A stretch of 39,479 bases of DNA from Acidimicrobiia bacterium (GCA_041577335.1 JBFGJH010000025.1:1-39479); one strand, 5' to 3'; counted from the first letter of the stretch, positions 9,379 to 22,249 are shown. Notes: a model not told the origin generated them from the sequence alone. Numbers and translations: made by a program.

Positions 9379-9930
9379 ATTTCCCTGCCCAATCAGTTAG
9401 CTGTCACCCGGATTGTGCTGGTGCCGATCGTCATGGCCCTGGTCTTGCGCGATCCCGGCGGCCCGTTGGTGCTCGCAACGGTGCTCTTCTTGGTCGCAGC
9501 CTTCACAGACTTTCTCGATGGGTACATTGCCCGGCGCCGGGACGAGACGACCATCATGGGCGCGTTCCTGGACAGCACCGCCGACAAGCTATTGGTGACC
9601 GGTGCTCTGTTGGCGCTGGTGGCGATCGACCGGGTTTCGGTCTGGGCGTCGCTGATCATCATTGTGCGTGAATTCGTCGTGATGGCGTTGCGGGGCCTCA
9701 CCGCCATCGAAGGCGAGCTCGTGCGTCCCTCGATGTGGGGGAAGCTCAAGGCGGCCGTTCAATTCATGGCGATCGCCTTCGCCATGCTGCGCCTCGGTGA
9801 GCCGCTCGGTCCGCTCTACTTCGATGAGTGGCTGATGTGGCTGGCGGTCGGCATAACGCTGTACTCGGGATGGGCCTACGTGGCAGCCTTCTGGGAAGTC
9901 GCCAGGCGCGTGGACCGCGTCGACCATTGA
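9379..9930 (+). CDS. pgsA: CDP-diacylglycerol--glycerol-3-phosphate 3-phosphatidyltransferase (probable ATT start)
   Basis: xSLPNQLAVTRI N-terminus; TDFLDGYIARR...GAFLDSTADK CDP-alcohol phosphotransferase motif; REFVV, GKLKA. Confidence 0.9.
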   Translation: MSLPNQLAVTRIVLVPIVMALVLRDPGGPLVLATVLFLVAAFTDFLDGYIARRRDETTIMGAFLDSTADKLLVTGALLALVAIDRVSVWASLIIIVREFVVMALRGLTAIEGELVRPSMWGKLKAAVQFMAIAFAMLRLGEPLGPLYFDEWLMWLAVGITLYSGWAYVAAFWEVARRVDRVDH

Positions 9931-10844
9931 GAGCGCTCGTCACCGGCGGGTCGGGTGTGGTTGGCAAGGCGCTCGTTGCCCATCTCCTCTCCGCCGGCGA
10001 CCAAGTGAAGGTCTTGACGAGGTCGGAGGGGGCAGCGTCGACCGTTGCCGACCTCGGTGCCGAGGCCGTCGGCGGCGACATCCTCGACTATCCATCATGC
10101 CTCACGGCGGCCTCGGGAGCTGACGTCGTCTATCACGTTGCCGGCCTCAACGAAATGTGTCCGGCGGCCGCCGAATCACTCCACGAGGTCAACGTCGCGG
10201 GCACCCGGACCGTTGCCAGGGCAGCGGCCACGGCCGGTGTGAAACGCTTGGTCTACACGTCCTCGGCGGCCGCCCACGAACCCCATCCGACGGCATACGG
10301 CCTGAGCAAACTCCGAGGTGAACGGGTGGCCTTCGCCGAGGCCGGCGCGGGCCTCGAAGTGGTGGCGGTGAGCCCGACCTCGGTGCAAGGCCCCGGTCGA
10401 TCGGACGGAACGGCTCGGCTTCTGTTGGCCGTCCTCGACGGTCGTCTGCGTTTTCTTCCCGACACGTCGGTGAGCATCGTCGACATCGGAGATTGTGCCA
10501 AAGCTCACCGGCTGGCCGCGGTCGCCGGGCGACCCGGGGCCAACTACCTGGTCAGCGGCGCGACCATTGTGACGTCCCAGGTTGGTGAGCTGTGCCGGGC
10601 GGTTGGGCTTGCTCCAGGTCGGGTGCGGCGGCTGCCACGGTGGTGGTTTCATGCCCTCTTGCCCGTTGTGGCATTCCGGCCCAAGGTTGGGGGCATCAGG
10701 CTCTGCCCCGATCTCGTGCGGGCGATGCTGGTGCCCCACGAAGTCGACGGGAGTGCCGCTGCCGATGAGCTCGGTTTCGTGTACACCCCGATCACAGACA
10801 CCCTCCGGAACCTGCTCGAGTGGGCACGTCCGGCGACGCCGTAG
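9927..10844 (+). CDS. NAD-dependent epimerase/dehydratase (extended SDR)
   Basis: TTG 9927 overlapping pgsA stop; VTGGSGVVG Rossmann motif, HVAG, YTSS, YGLSK catalytic motif. Confidence 0.88.
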   Translation: MRALVTGGSGVVGKALVAHLLSAGDQVKVLTRSEGAASTVADLGAEAVGGDILDYPSCLTAASGADVVYHVAGLNEMCPAAAESLHEVNVAGTRTVARAAATAGVKRLVYTSSAAAHEPHPTAYGLSKLRGERVAFAEAGAGLEVVAVSPTSVQGPGRSDGTARLLLAVLDGRLRFLPDTSVSIVDIGDCAKAHRLAAVAGRPGANYLVSGATIVTSQVGELCRAVGLAPGRVRRLPRWWFHALLPVVAFRPKVGGIRLCPDLVRAMLVPHEVDGSAAADELGFVYTPITDTLRNLLEWARPATP

Positions 10845-10855
10845 AATCGAAGCCG

Positions 10856-11272
10856 ATGGAACTGACCACCGAACAAGTCAACGCTTTCATACGTGACCAG
10901 TACCCGTCGGCTGCCGAGATCTATCGGTGCGAAGACCTGGCTGCCAAACAAGCAGTGGCTCGTTGGCCTTTCGATCCCGATCAGAATCGTCCCGGCGGGC
11001 TGATCTCGGGCCCGGTGCAGTTCGGCCTTGCGGATGTCGCCTTCTGGTTTGCGACGTTTACGGTGCTGGGCTTGGCGCCGATGGCTGTCACCTCCGAGCT
11101 CGGCATCCGTTTCCTTCGGCCCGCCTCCGGCGGCGATTTGATGGCACGAGCAGAAATCCTCAGGAGTGGCCGATCGGGCCTCGTGGGGGATGTGCGGCTC
11201 TGGGTCGATGGCGCCCCCGACCGGCTCGTGGCAGTTGCCCACGGCACCTACGTCGACGCAACCCGGCCGTGA
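10856..11272 (+). CDS. PaaI-family hotdog thioesterase
   Basis: RPGGLISGPVQFGLADVA, VTSELGIRFLRP, VAVAHGTY. Confidence 0.88.
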   Translation: MELTTEQVNAFIRDQYPSAAEIYRCEDLAAKQAVARWPFDPDQNRPGGLISGPVQFGLADVAFWFATFTVLGLAPMAVTSELGIRFLRPASGGDLMARAEILRSGRSGLVGDVRLWVDGAPDRLVAVAHGTYVDATRP

Positions 11273-14200
11273 CTGCCCCTCTCGTCGACCTCCTCGAGCG
11301 GTGGCCGCGCGGTCGGGCGGAGGAGCTCATGAAGATGGGACGGTTCGTGGTCCCTGCGGCCGGCCGGGCGATGACCCTCGCCGGAATGAGCCGGGTGGCG
11401 CAAGGATCGCTGCTCGCCATCGTTCCCACCGAGCGCGATGCGAGCGAGCTCGCCGACGATCTCCGCCTGTTCTCCGAGAACATTTTCCACTTGCCGGCCT
11501 GGGAAACTCTGCCGTTCGAGCATGTCTCACCGAACGCGTCAACCATGGCCGAACGGGCCGAGGCGAGGGCTGCCCTCTTGCGTGATCAACCCGCATCGGT
11601 GGTCGTGGCGTCCGTTCGGTCGGCGACGCAAAGGCTGTCGCCCTCCTCATCCGACCCCATCAGCGTCGCTCCCGGCGACGAGACGGACTTCGACAGGTTC
11701 ATCGCCGGCCTCACCGAACGCGGCTACCACCGGGTTGATCGGGTCGAACAACGAGGAGAGTTGGCGGTGCGCGGCGGAATCGTCGACGTCTACGGGGCCT
11801 CGGCCACCGATCCCTTCCGGCTCGAGTTCTGGGGCGACACGGTGGAGAGCATCCGGATGTTCTCGGCGTCCTCCCAACGATCACTCGACGCCGTCGAAAT
11901 CGCCGTCATCCCGCCGGCGCGTGAGTTTCGTGTCGATGACGACGTGCGGGCCAAGGCCCTGCAGCTCATCATCTCGGAGCCATGGGCGGCTGCCACGTGG
12001 GAGCGCATCGCCAACGGCATGTACTTCGCAGGCATCGAGTCGTGGATGCCGTGGCTCGCTCCCGAGCGAACCGTGGCCGACGACTATCAGGGGACCATCG
12101 TCCTGTTTGACCCGGTGCGCGCGCTCGATCGATCGCGAGACCTCGTCAAAGAGGAAGCAGAGCTCGCCGCAACCCTCGCTCCGACCTGGGGGTCGGGCGC
12201 ACCCGAAGCAGGCCAGCATCCCGCCCTCTATCTCGATCTCGATGATGCGCTCGCCGCATCCACCGTCCTGCAGGTGCCCAGCCTGGCTGCCAGTCCTTCC
12301 GACCATACGATCGAATGGAGCGGCTTTGATGCAGTGGCGGGGGATCCGGAATCGGTGGCCCGGTCTCTAGCGGCGCTGGTGGAACGGGACTACGCGGTGG
12401 TGGTGGCCATGGACGGCGAAGCGGCGGCCGACCGGGTCACCAAACGGCTGGGCGAGGCAGGTCTTGTGCTTGATGGCGCCGGCGCCTCCGGTTCGCGTGT
12501 GATCGGAACAGGAATCCACCACGGATTCGTCATGCCCGAACTCCGCACTGCCGTTCTCGGTGAGCAACAGATCGCCGGGCGACGGCGTGCCCACCGACGA
12601 GCCCGAGTGCGTGCCCGGGACGAAGGAACCGGCTACCGAGATCTCGAGCCGGGCGATTACGTCGTCCACCATCGTCATGGGATCGGTCGCTTCGAGGGTC
12701 TGGTGACCCGCACGATCGCCGGCGTCGAGCGTGACTATCTGGTGGTGGCGTACGCCGGAGAAGATCGCCTGTATGTGCCAACCGATCAACTTGCTGCCGT
12801 TCAGAAGTATGTGGGTGGTGAGGCGCCGCGTGTCTCCCGCATGGGCGGCGCCGACTGGGAGCGGACCAAGGGCAAGGTCCGCAAAGCCGTGGCAGCCGTA
12901 GCCGAACATGTTGTGGCGTTGCACCGTTTGCGGGCGGCCGCACCGGGCTTCGTGTACGGGCCGGACACCCCGTGGCAGGCGGAGATGGAAGCGAACTTTC
13001 CCTATGAGGAAACTCCCGACCAAATCTCCGCCATCGCCGACATCAAGGCCGACATGGAGGCCGGCAGGCCGATGGACCGCCTCGTGTTCGGCGATGTTGG
13101 CTTCGGCAAGACGGAAGTGGCCATCCGAGCCGCGTTCAAGGCAGTGCAGGATGGCAGGCAGGTGTCGGTGTTGTGCCCGACCACCCTGCTGGCGCAGCAG
13201 CACCAGCAAACCTTCACCGAGCGTTTCGCCGGATTCCCGGTTCGGGTCGAGATGCTCAGCCGCTTCCTCACGGCGGCGGAACAGCGCAGCGTGGTCAGCG
13301 GCCTGAGCACCGGCGAGGTCGACATTGTCATCGGGACCCATCGGCTCCTGTCAGGGGACATCACGTTCAAGAATCTTGGTCTCGTCGTCGTCGATGAAGA
13401 GCAGCGGTTCGGAGTCGGCGCCAAGGACCGCCTGAAGCAACTCACCGTCGGTGTCGATGTTGTCACGCTCACTGCGACGCCGATCCCCCGGACACTGGAG
13501 ATGGCATTGACAGGAGTTCGCGATGTGAGCCACATACGCACGCCTCCGGTGGACCGCCACCCGATCCTGACCTACGTCGGGCCGTATGACACTCCGTCGG
13601 TTTCCGCGGCGATTCGGCGCGAGATGCTGCGTGAAGGCCAGGTCTTCTATGTGCACAATCGGATCCAATCGATCGATCGAGCGGTAGCCCAGCTTCGGGA
13701 ATTGGTACCAGACGCCCGATACGCAGTGGCGCACGGTCGGATGAGTGAGGGCCAGCTGGAACAGGTGATGTTGGACTTCTGGACCCGCGAATATGACGTT
13801 TTGGTGGCGACTACCATCATCGAGTCGGGCCTCGACCTGCCACAGGTGAACACGTTGATCGTGGAGCGGGCCGACCTCCTGGGCCTTGCGCAGCTCTATC
13901 AACTGCGCGGCCGGGTCGGGCGATCGGACCAGCGTGCCTACGCCTACCTGTTCCACCCCACCGATCAGACCCTCACCGAAGAGGCGTTTCGGCGGCTCGA
14001 GGCCGTCGGCGAGCATACCGACCTCGGCTCTGGCTTCGAGCTGGCGATGCGAGATCTCGAGATTCGCGGAGCCGGGTCGATGCTCGGTGAGGTCCAGTCG
14101 GGCCACATCGCCTCGGTCGGGTTCGACCTCTACTGCCAACTCGTGGCCGAAGCCGTTGGTGAATTGGAAGGCCTGCCTGTGCCGACGGTTCCGGAGGCGC

Positions 14201-14631
14201 CGGAGATTCGCATCGATCTGCCGGTCGACGCCCATCTACCGGATGACTACGTGGCCGACCAGGGGGCTCGCATCGAGGCGTATCGGCGATTGGCTTCCGC
14301 TCTGACCCTTCGGGACATCGAGGATGTGGCGGTGGAATGGAAGGACCGTTTCGGGGAAATCCCACCCAACGCCCAGTCGTTGCTCGATGTTGCTGCGCTT
14401 CGCGCCGACGCAATCCGTGCCGGCCTCACCGACATCGTGAAGCTCAAGAACGAGATCCGCATCGGGCCGGTCGATCTGTCGGCGTCACAAGAGATCCGAT
14501 TGCAGCGGATCGCTCCGACCGCGGTGCTGCGTCCGGATGAGGGCACGCTCTTTCTCCCAGCCGGTGCCGACGGAACCATCATTTCGCAATTGAGAGACTT
14601 CATATCGGGCATGTGGCCCGACACCTCCTGA
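11269..14631 (+). CDS. mfd: Transcription-repair coupling factor
   Basis: GTG 11269; RGGIVDVY, GDYVVHHRHGIGRF, GDVGFGKTEVA, DEEQRFG, TATPIPRT, QLRGRVGRS, RDLEIRGAG. Confidence 0.98.
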   Translation: MTAPLVDLLERWPRGRAEELMKMGRFVVPAAGRAMTLAGMSRVAQGSLLAIVPTERDASELADDLRLFSENIFHLPAWETLPFEHVSPNASTMAERAEARAALLRDQPASVVVASVRSATQRLSPSSSDPISVAPGDETDFDRFIAGLTERGYHRVDRVEQRGELAVRGGIVDVYGASATDPFRLEFWGDTVESIRMFSASSQRSLDAVEIAVIPPAREFRVDDDVRAKALQLIISEPWAAATWERIANGMYFAGIESWMPWLAPERTVADDYQGTIVLFDPVRALDRSRDLVKEEAELAATLAPTWGSGAPEAGQHPALYLDLDDALAASTVLQVPSLAASPSDHTIEWSGFDAVAGDPESVARSLAALVERDYAVVVAMDGEAAADRVTKRLGEAGLVLDGAGASGSRVIGTGIHHGFVMPELRTAVLGEQQIAGRRRAHRRARVRARDEGTGYRDLEPGDYVVHHRHGIGRFEGLVTRTIAGVERDYLVVAYAGEDRLYVPTDQLAAVQKYVGGEAPRVSRMGGADWERTKGKVRKAVAAVAEHVVALHRLRAAAPGFVYGPDTPWQAEMEANFPYEETPDQISAIADIKADMEAGRPMDRLVFGDVGFGKTEVAIRAAFKAVQDGRQVSVLCPTTLLAQQHQQTFTERFAGFPVRVEMLSRFLTAAEQRSVVSGLSTGEVDIVIGTHRLLSGDITFKNLGLVVVDEEQRFGVGAKDRLKQLTVGVDVVTLTATPIPRTLEMALTGVRDVSHIRTPPVDRHPILTYVGPYDTPSVSAAIRREMLREGQVFYVHNRIQSIDRAVAQLRELVPDARYAVAHGRMSEGQLEQVMLDFWTREYDVLVATTIIESGLDLPQVNTLIVERADLLGLAQLYQLRGRVGRSDQRAYAYLFHPTDQTLTEEAFRRLEAVGEHTDLGSGFELAMRDLEIRGAGSMLGEVQSGHIASVGFDLYCQLVAEAVGELEGLPVPTVPEAPEIRIDLPVDAHLPDDYVADQGARIEAYRRLASALTLRDIEDVAVEWKDRFGEIPPNAQSLLDVAALRADAIRAGLTDIVKLKNEIRIGPVDLSASQEIRLQRIAPTAVLRPDEGTLFLPAGADGTIISQLRDFISGMWPDTS

Positions 14632-14654
14632 GCGCGCGCATGACGCTCGAGGCT

Positions 14655-14705
14655 TGCGCAACTCGTGGGGTCCGCCCGACGGCGCTTGAGTGTGCGCAAC
14701 TCGTG
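14655..14705 (+). repeat. Intergenic direct repeat TGCGCAACTCGTG x2 (period 38 nt)
   Basis: Exact 13-mers at 14655-14667 and 14693-14705 with similar flanks. Confidence 0.7.
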
Positions 14706-14746
14706 CGGTGCTCTACCATTCCATGCCGACCTAGGAAAGTACCAAC

Positions 14747-15663
14747 GTGAACCGACTACTGATTTTGCTTGGCGCCGCTGCAATCGTGCTGGCGGCATGC
14801 TCGGGAGCAGCTCCAGCGATCGTCAATGGGACTCCAATCACCGAAGCCGAGCTCGAGGGAATGTCGTCGGGCGGAGCGGTGCCCGAGGCGCAGCTGCAGG
14901 GAGATCTGTTCGACCTGGTGAGCACTGCGATCGCCGAGGACGGCGCCGACGAAGACTTCGGGTTCGCCATCACCGAGGAAGCGCGGACCGCTGAACTCGA
15001 GGCGATCGAGGCGGCCGTCACCGAGCAGGGAACCACGGTTCAGCAGATCCTCGACGAGCGGGCGAGGACGGATTCGTGGGTCGACCTGATCATCAAACAG
15101 ACCATTCTCAGCCGAGACATCAGCGCCGAGCTTGTGGCAGAGCAAGGACCGATCACTGACGACGAAGTTCTCGAGGCGTTCGAGGCTCAGCTCCCGCAGT
15201 TGATCACCATCTGCGCTCGCCACATCCTCCTCGAGAGCGAGACTGATGCCGCATTGGCGCTCGTGCGAGCCGAAGCGGGCGAGGACTTTGGAGATCTGGC
15301 CATCGAGCTGAGCACAGGCCCGTCCGGTCCCACCGGCGGAGACTTGGGTTGCGCCCCTCCGGGCAACTACGTCCCCGAATTTGCCGAAGCCGTCATGAAC
15401 GCCGAGTTGGCTGTCCCAACCGGCCCCGTGGAGACCGAATTCGGATGGCACGTGATACTCGTGGAATCGCGAGACGAGCCGAGTTTCGAGGCTTCGGAGC
15501 AGGTTGTTCGCGAGACGCTCGAGATCTCACGAGGGAATGAGCTGTATACGGCGTGGATCATCGAGAAGCTCCGCGCGGCCGACGTGTCGATCTCCGACGC
15601 CTACGGCACGTGGACCGTCCCCGACGATGAAACGCTGGCACCATCGATCGTCCCCCCGACGCC

Positions 15664-15667
<4 letters not shown>
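14747..15667 (+). CDS. PrsA/SurA-like parvulin peptidyl-prolyl isomerase lipoprotein
   Basis: Lipobox LAAC; CARHILL, GEDFGDLAIELS, GGDLG, VPEF, ETEFGWHVI. Confidence 0.92.
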
Positions 15668-18837
<3,170 letters not shown>

Positions 18838-18844
18838 CCGGCGC

Positions 18845-19354
18845 ATGACCGACGGCGAGGCCGTCGAAGCACAGCTGGGACGACCGCTGCGATCCGCCGC
18901 CGTCGTTGTCGCCCGATGCCCGCTCGGCCTCCCCGTGGTAACAGTCGTCCCGCCATTGCTCGATGATGGGACGCCCTTTCCCACGCGCTATTGGTTGACG
19001 TGCCCATTGGCCAATCGCCGGATCGGTCGCCTCGAGGGTGCCGGCGGAGTCAAGTCGCTGGAGCGGTATGCCGAGCGTGTGCCCGAGTTTGGCGCCCGGC
19101 TCGCCGCGGCTCATGAGCGGTATGCCACCGAGCGCGACGCCCATGTGCCCGAGGGCCACACTCCGGCGCCGTCCGGCGGAGTCGCCGGTTCGGCGACCGG
19201 CGTGAAGTGCCTGCATGCTCATTACGCAGACCATGCAGCCGGCAATGACAATCCGGTGGGGGAGGCGGCCGCTCCGTTTGTCGAGCCACTCGACTGTACG
19301 ATCCCTTGCGTCGTCGATGGTGTCCGCAATCCTGCCTGGACCGAGCCGAAGTGA
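18845..19354 (+). CDS. DUF501 family protein
   Basis: RCPLGLP, DGTPFPTRYWLTCP, VKCLHAH; eno-divIC-DUF501-ppx synteny. Confidence 0.92.
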   Translation: MTDGEAVEAQLGRPLRSAAVVVARCPLGLPVVTVVPPLLDDGTPFPTRYWLTCPLANRRIGRLEGAGGVKSLERYAERVPEFGARLAAAHERYATERDAHVPEGHTPAPSGGVAGSATGVKCLHAHYADHAAGNDNPVGEAAAPFVEPLDCTIPCVVDGVRNPAWTEPK

Positions 19355-20241
19355 GACTTGCAGCCGTCGATATCGGCACCAACACAGTTCGGCTGCTCGT
19401 CGTCGAGCGTGTCGGTGGCGAGCTCGTCGAGCTCCTTCGGGTGGCCACGGTTGTGGGCCTCGGGGTTGGCGTCGATTCCACCGGGCATCTCGGCGCCGAG
19501 GCCATGGGGCGGGCCTTGGCTGCCCTCGGCGAGTTCGCTGAACCGGTCTCCAGCGCCCATGCCTGCCGAGTGATCGCAACGGCCGCGTCGAGAGACGCCG
19601 ACAATCGGGAAACGTTCTTCGACGCAGTCCAAGCCGTATTGGGGCATCGGCCAGAGCTCATCGCCGGCGCGGAGGAGGCCGGGCTGGCTTTCGCCGGGGC
19701 GACGAGCGGCCGGTTGGATGGCCCATTCCTCGTGGTCGACATCGGCGGCGGCAGCACCGAGTTCGTTCTGGGCGAGCGGGAGGTGTCCCATGCCGTCTCG
19801 ACCCAGATCGGCTCAGTGCGGATCACCGAGCGCGCGTCGCTGGTTCCGCCGGCCTCCCCGACCGTTTTGGCTCATGCCCGATCGATCGTTGCCGACCTGT
19901 TCGTCGCCGCGCCAACAGCGGATTTCGCTACGGGAATCGGCGTGGCGGGGACGTATACCTCGCTGTCGGCTTTGTCGCAGGGCTTGACCGTGTACGACCG
20001 CTCTGCGGTTCATGGCTCGGTGCTCACGCCGGCCCTCTTGCGGGAACAAGTCGATCGTTTGGCGGGTCTCACCGTCGATGAGATAGCCGCGCTGCCCACA
20101 ATGGAGCCGCGACGAGCTCCCTTCATGCTCGGAGGAGCCGTGGTTGCCGAAGAGGTTTCGCGGTCGATGGGCATCGACCGATTGATCGTGTCCGAACGTG
20201 ATCTTCTCGACGGCGTGGTGGCAGAGCTGCTGCCACAATGA
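19351..20241 (+). CDS. ppx: Ppx/GppA-family phosphatase
   Basis: GTG 19351; AVDIGTNTVRL, ATAASRDA, EEAGLAF, DIGGGSTE, SERDLLDG. Confidence 0.92.
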   Translation: MRLAAVDIGTNTVRLLVVERVGGELVELLRVATVVGLGVGVDSTGHLGAEAMGRALAALGEFAEPVSSAHACRVIATAASRDADNRETFFDAVQAVLGHRPELIAGAEEAGLAFAGATSGRLDGPFLVVDIGGGSTEFVLGEREVSHAVSTQIGSVRITERASLVPPASPTVLAHARSIVADLFVAAPTADFATGIGVAGTYTSLSALSQGLTVYDRSAVHGSVLTPALLREQVDRLAGLTVDEIAALPTMEPRRAPFMLGGAVVAEEVSRSMGIDRLIVSERDLLDGVVAELLPQ

Positions 20242-20248
20242 TCGGTAG

Positions 20249-20332
20249 GCCCCGGTGGCGGAATTGGCATACGCAGAGGACTTAAAATCCTTCACCTTTC
20301 GAGGTTTGTGGGTTCAAATCCCACCCGGGGCA
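20249..20332 (+). tRNA. tRNA-Leu (anticodon TAA)
   Basis: Acceptor GCCCCGG/CCGGGGC + discriminator A; D-arm TGGCGGAATTGGCATACGC; anticodon stem GAGGA/TCCTT with loop CTTAAAA; long variable arm; T-loop GGTTCAAATCC; CCA not encoded. Confidence 0.96.
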
Positions 20333-20444
20333 CGAGACGCCGCTGATCGATCGGCACGAGGCGCCGCCTCCTCGCCACCATGATGATCACCGGTGACGAT
20401 GACTCGTCGGCCGCCCTGATGCACGCTCCTAGACTCCTCAGCTC

Positions 20445-22205
20445 ATGGACCGTCCTGTGACCCAAATCACCGATTCCAGGCGCTCGAACCTCGGTGCGCA
20501 CCTGATCGTCGACGCGTTCGATGGCTATCGCAGCCGATTCCGCATCATCACGCTGCGATCGCGGCTTCGCTTCGAGCAGCGCGACTGGGCGGCCTCTGCC
20601 GCCGACGCCGTGGAGCGTCTCACCTTGTACCGGGCCACCGTTGATCAGCTCGAACCGGACATCCGGGGGATGCTGGGCGAGCGCATCACCGACCCGTTCC
20701 TATGGGCTGGCATGAAAGCCGTGTATTCGGGCCTGATCGCCGATCGTGACGACTGGGAGCTCGCCGAAACGTTCTTCAACTCCATCACGAGGCGCATCTT
20801 CGATACGGTTGGCGTCGACGAGCGCATCGAGTTCGTCGACACCGACTTCGACACCCCGCCGAGCCGGGCCGGCGAGCCGGTCTACCGCACCTATCGTCGG
20901 TCCGACTCCATCGTCGACTTGCTCGAAGAAATCCTGGATGACGTTTCGTTCGACGCGGCGTGGGCGCACCGATCCTCCGATCTCGACCATGTTGCTGCGC
21001 GAATCAGTGACCGACTTCTCGAGCTCGGGGCACTGCAAGTGGTTGAGCGGGCCGAGATCGTGGGATCTGTCTTCTATCGAGGTCAGTCGGCCTTCGTCGT
21101 TGGCCGTTTGTACTCGGGCTCGCACCGCCTTCCCGTGGTCCTGGCGCTGAGCCACGGCGACGAAGGTATCTATGTCGACGCCGTACTTCTTTCCTCCAAC
21201 GAGGTCAGCATTCTCTACTCGTTCACTCGCAGCTATTTCCATGTCGATGCCCACCGTCCATACGACCTCGTCCGATTCCTCAAGAGCCTCATGCCCCGAA
21301 AACGGCTCGCTGAGATCTACATCGCGGTTGGTGAGAACAAGCATGGCAAGACCGAGTTGTATCGGGACCTGATTCGCCACGTGTCGGCCTCGCCAGAGCG
21401 GTTCGAGCATGCTCGGGGCACTCCGGGCATGGTGATGGTGGTGTTCACCCTCCCCGGCTACGACGACGTGTTCAAGATCATTCGAGATCGGTTTCCGCCC
21501 CCCAAGCGAACCACCCGGCGCACAATCATGGGGAAGTACCGCATGGTGTTCCAACACGATCGAGCCGGTCGACTCATCGATGCCCAAGACTTTCAACACC
21601 TCCAGTTCGACCGTGAGCAATTCACCGTCGAGCTCCTGGACGAGCTGCTCTCCGAGGCGGGTGACACCGTCCGTGTGGAAGGTGACAATGTCGTCATCTC
21701 GCACGTCTACGTCGAGCGACGAGTCATCCCGCTCAATATCTTCGTGAAGGAGGCGGCTCCGGTGGCCGCTCAGGCGGCGGTCGTCGACTTCGGGAAGGCC
21801 ATCAAGGACATGGCTTCCACCAATATCTTCCCTGGTGACCTCCTGCTCAAGAACTTCGGCGTGACCCGGCATGGTCGGGTCGTGTTCTACGACTACGACG
21901 AGCTCACGTCGCTCACCGACATGGTGTTCCGAGCGATCCCTGAGGCACGGGACGAACTCGACGAGATGTCGTCGGCGCCCTGGTACTCGGTGGGCGATCG
22001 AGATGTGTTTCCGGAAGAACACCGCAGTTTTCTCGGGTTGGTGCCCGAGCTGCGGGAGGTATTCGAGCAACACCATGGTGACCTCTTCGAGGTCGAGCCA
22101 TGGCGAGCGATGCAGAAGCGCATCGAGTCGGGCGAGCTCATCGAGGTGTATGCGTACCGGGAGGAGTTGCGACTCCCGGGTGCCGAGGCGCCGCGGGGTT
22201 GGTGA
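20445..22205 (+). CDS. aceK: Isocitrate dehydrogenase kinase/phosphatase
   Basis: ELAETFFNS, SFTRSYF, KHGKTELYR, GTPGMVMVVF, VFKIIRDRF, HDRAGRL, FPGDLLLKNFGVTRHGRVVFYDYDE. Confidence 0.95.
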   Translation: MDRPVTQITDSRRSNLGAHLIVDAFDGYRSRFRIITLRSRLRFEQRDWAASAADAVERLTLYRATVDQLEPDIRGMLGERITDPFLWAGMKAVYSGLIADRDDWELAETFFNSITRRIFDTVGVDERIEFVDTDFDTPPSRAGEPVYRTYRRSDSIVDLLEEILDDVSFDAAWAHRSSDLDHVAARISDRLLELGALQVVERAEIVGSVFYRGQSAFVVGRLYSGSHRLPVVLALSHGDEGIYVDAVLLSSNEVSILYSFTRSYFHVDAHRPYDLVRFLKSLMPRKRLAEIYIAVGENKHGKTELYRDLIRHVSASPERFEHARGTPGMVMVVFTLPGYDDVFKIIRDRFPPPKRTTRRTIMGKYRMVFQHDRAGRLIDAQDFQHLQFDREQFTVELLDELLSEAGDTVRVEGDNVVISHVYVERRVIPLNIFVKEAAPVAAQAAVVDFGKAIKDMASTNIFPGDLLLKNFGVTRHGRVVFYDYDELTSLTDMVFRAIPEARDELDEMSSAPWYSVGDRDVFPEEHRSFLGLVPELREVFEQHHGDLFEVEPWRAMQKRIESGELIEVYAYREELRLPGAEAPRGW

Positions 22206-22249
22206 CCTTCCGCTAAGGGGTCCGCCACCATCTGCCGATGCTTTGAGAG

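Noticed and set aside
14655..14705. Mini CRISPR array
   Set aside because: Only two short imperfect units and no cas genes.
20249..20332. bldA-style TTA-codon regulation by tRNA-Leu(UAA)
   Set aside because: TTA codons occur in ordinary genes here (tadC, tadE, pgsA, mazG, polX, menF), so the tRNA looks like housekeeping; a genome-wide count would be needed.
20700..22076. 458-aa minus-strand ORF (likewise 23000-24172, 12367-13341, 13351-14235, 24825-25799)
   Set aside because: Antisense shadows of aceK, polX, mfd and GT2, as expected from high-GC codon bias.
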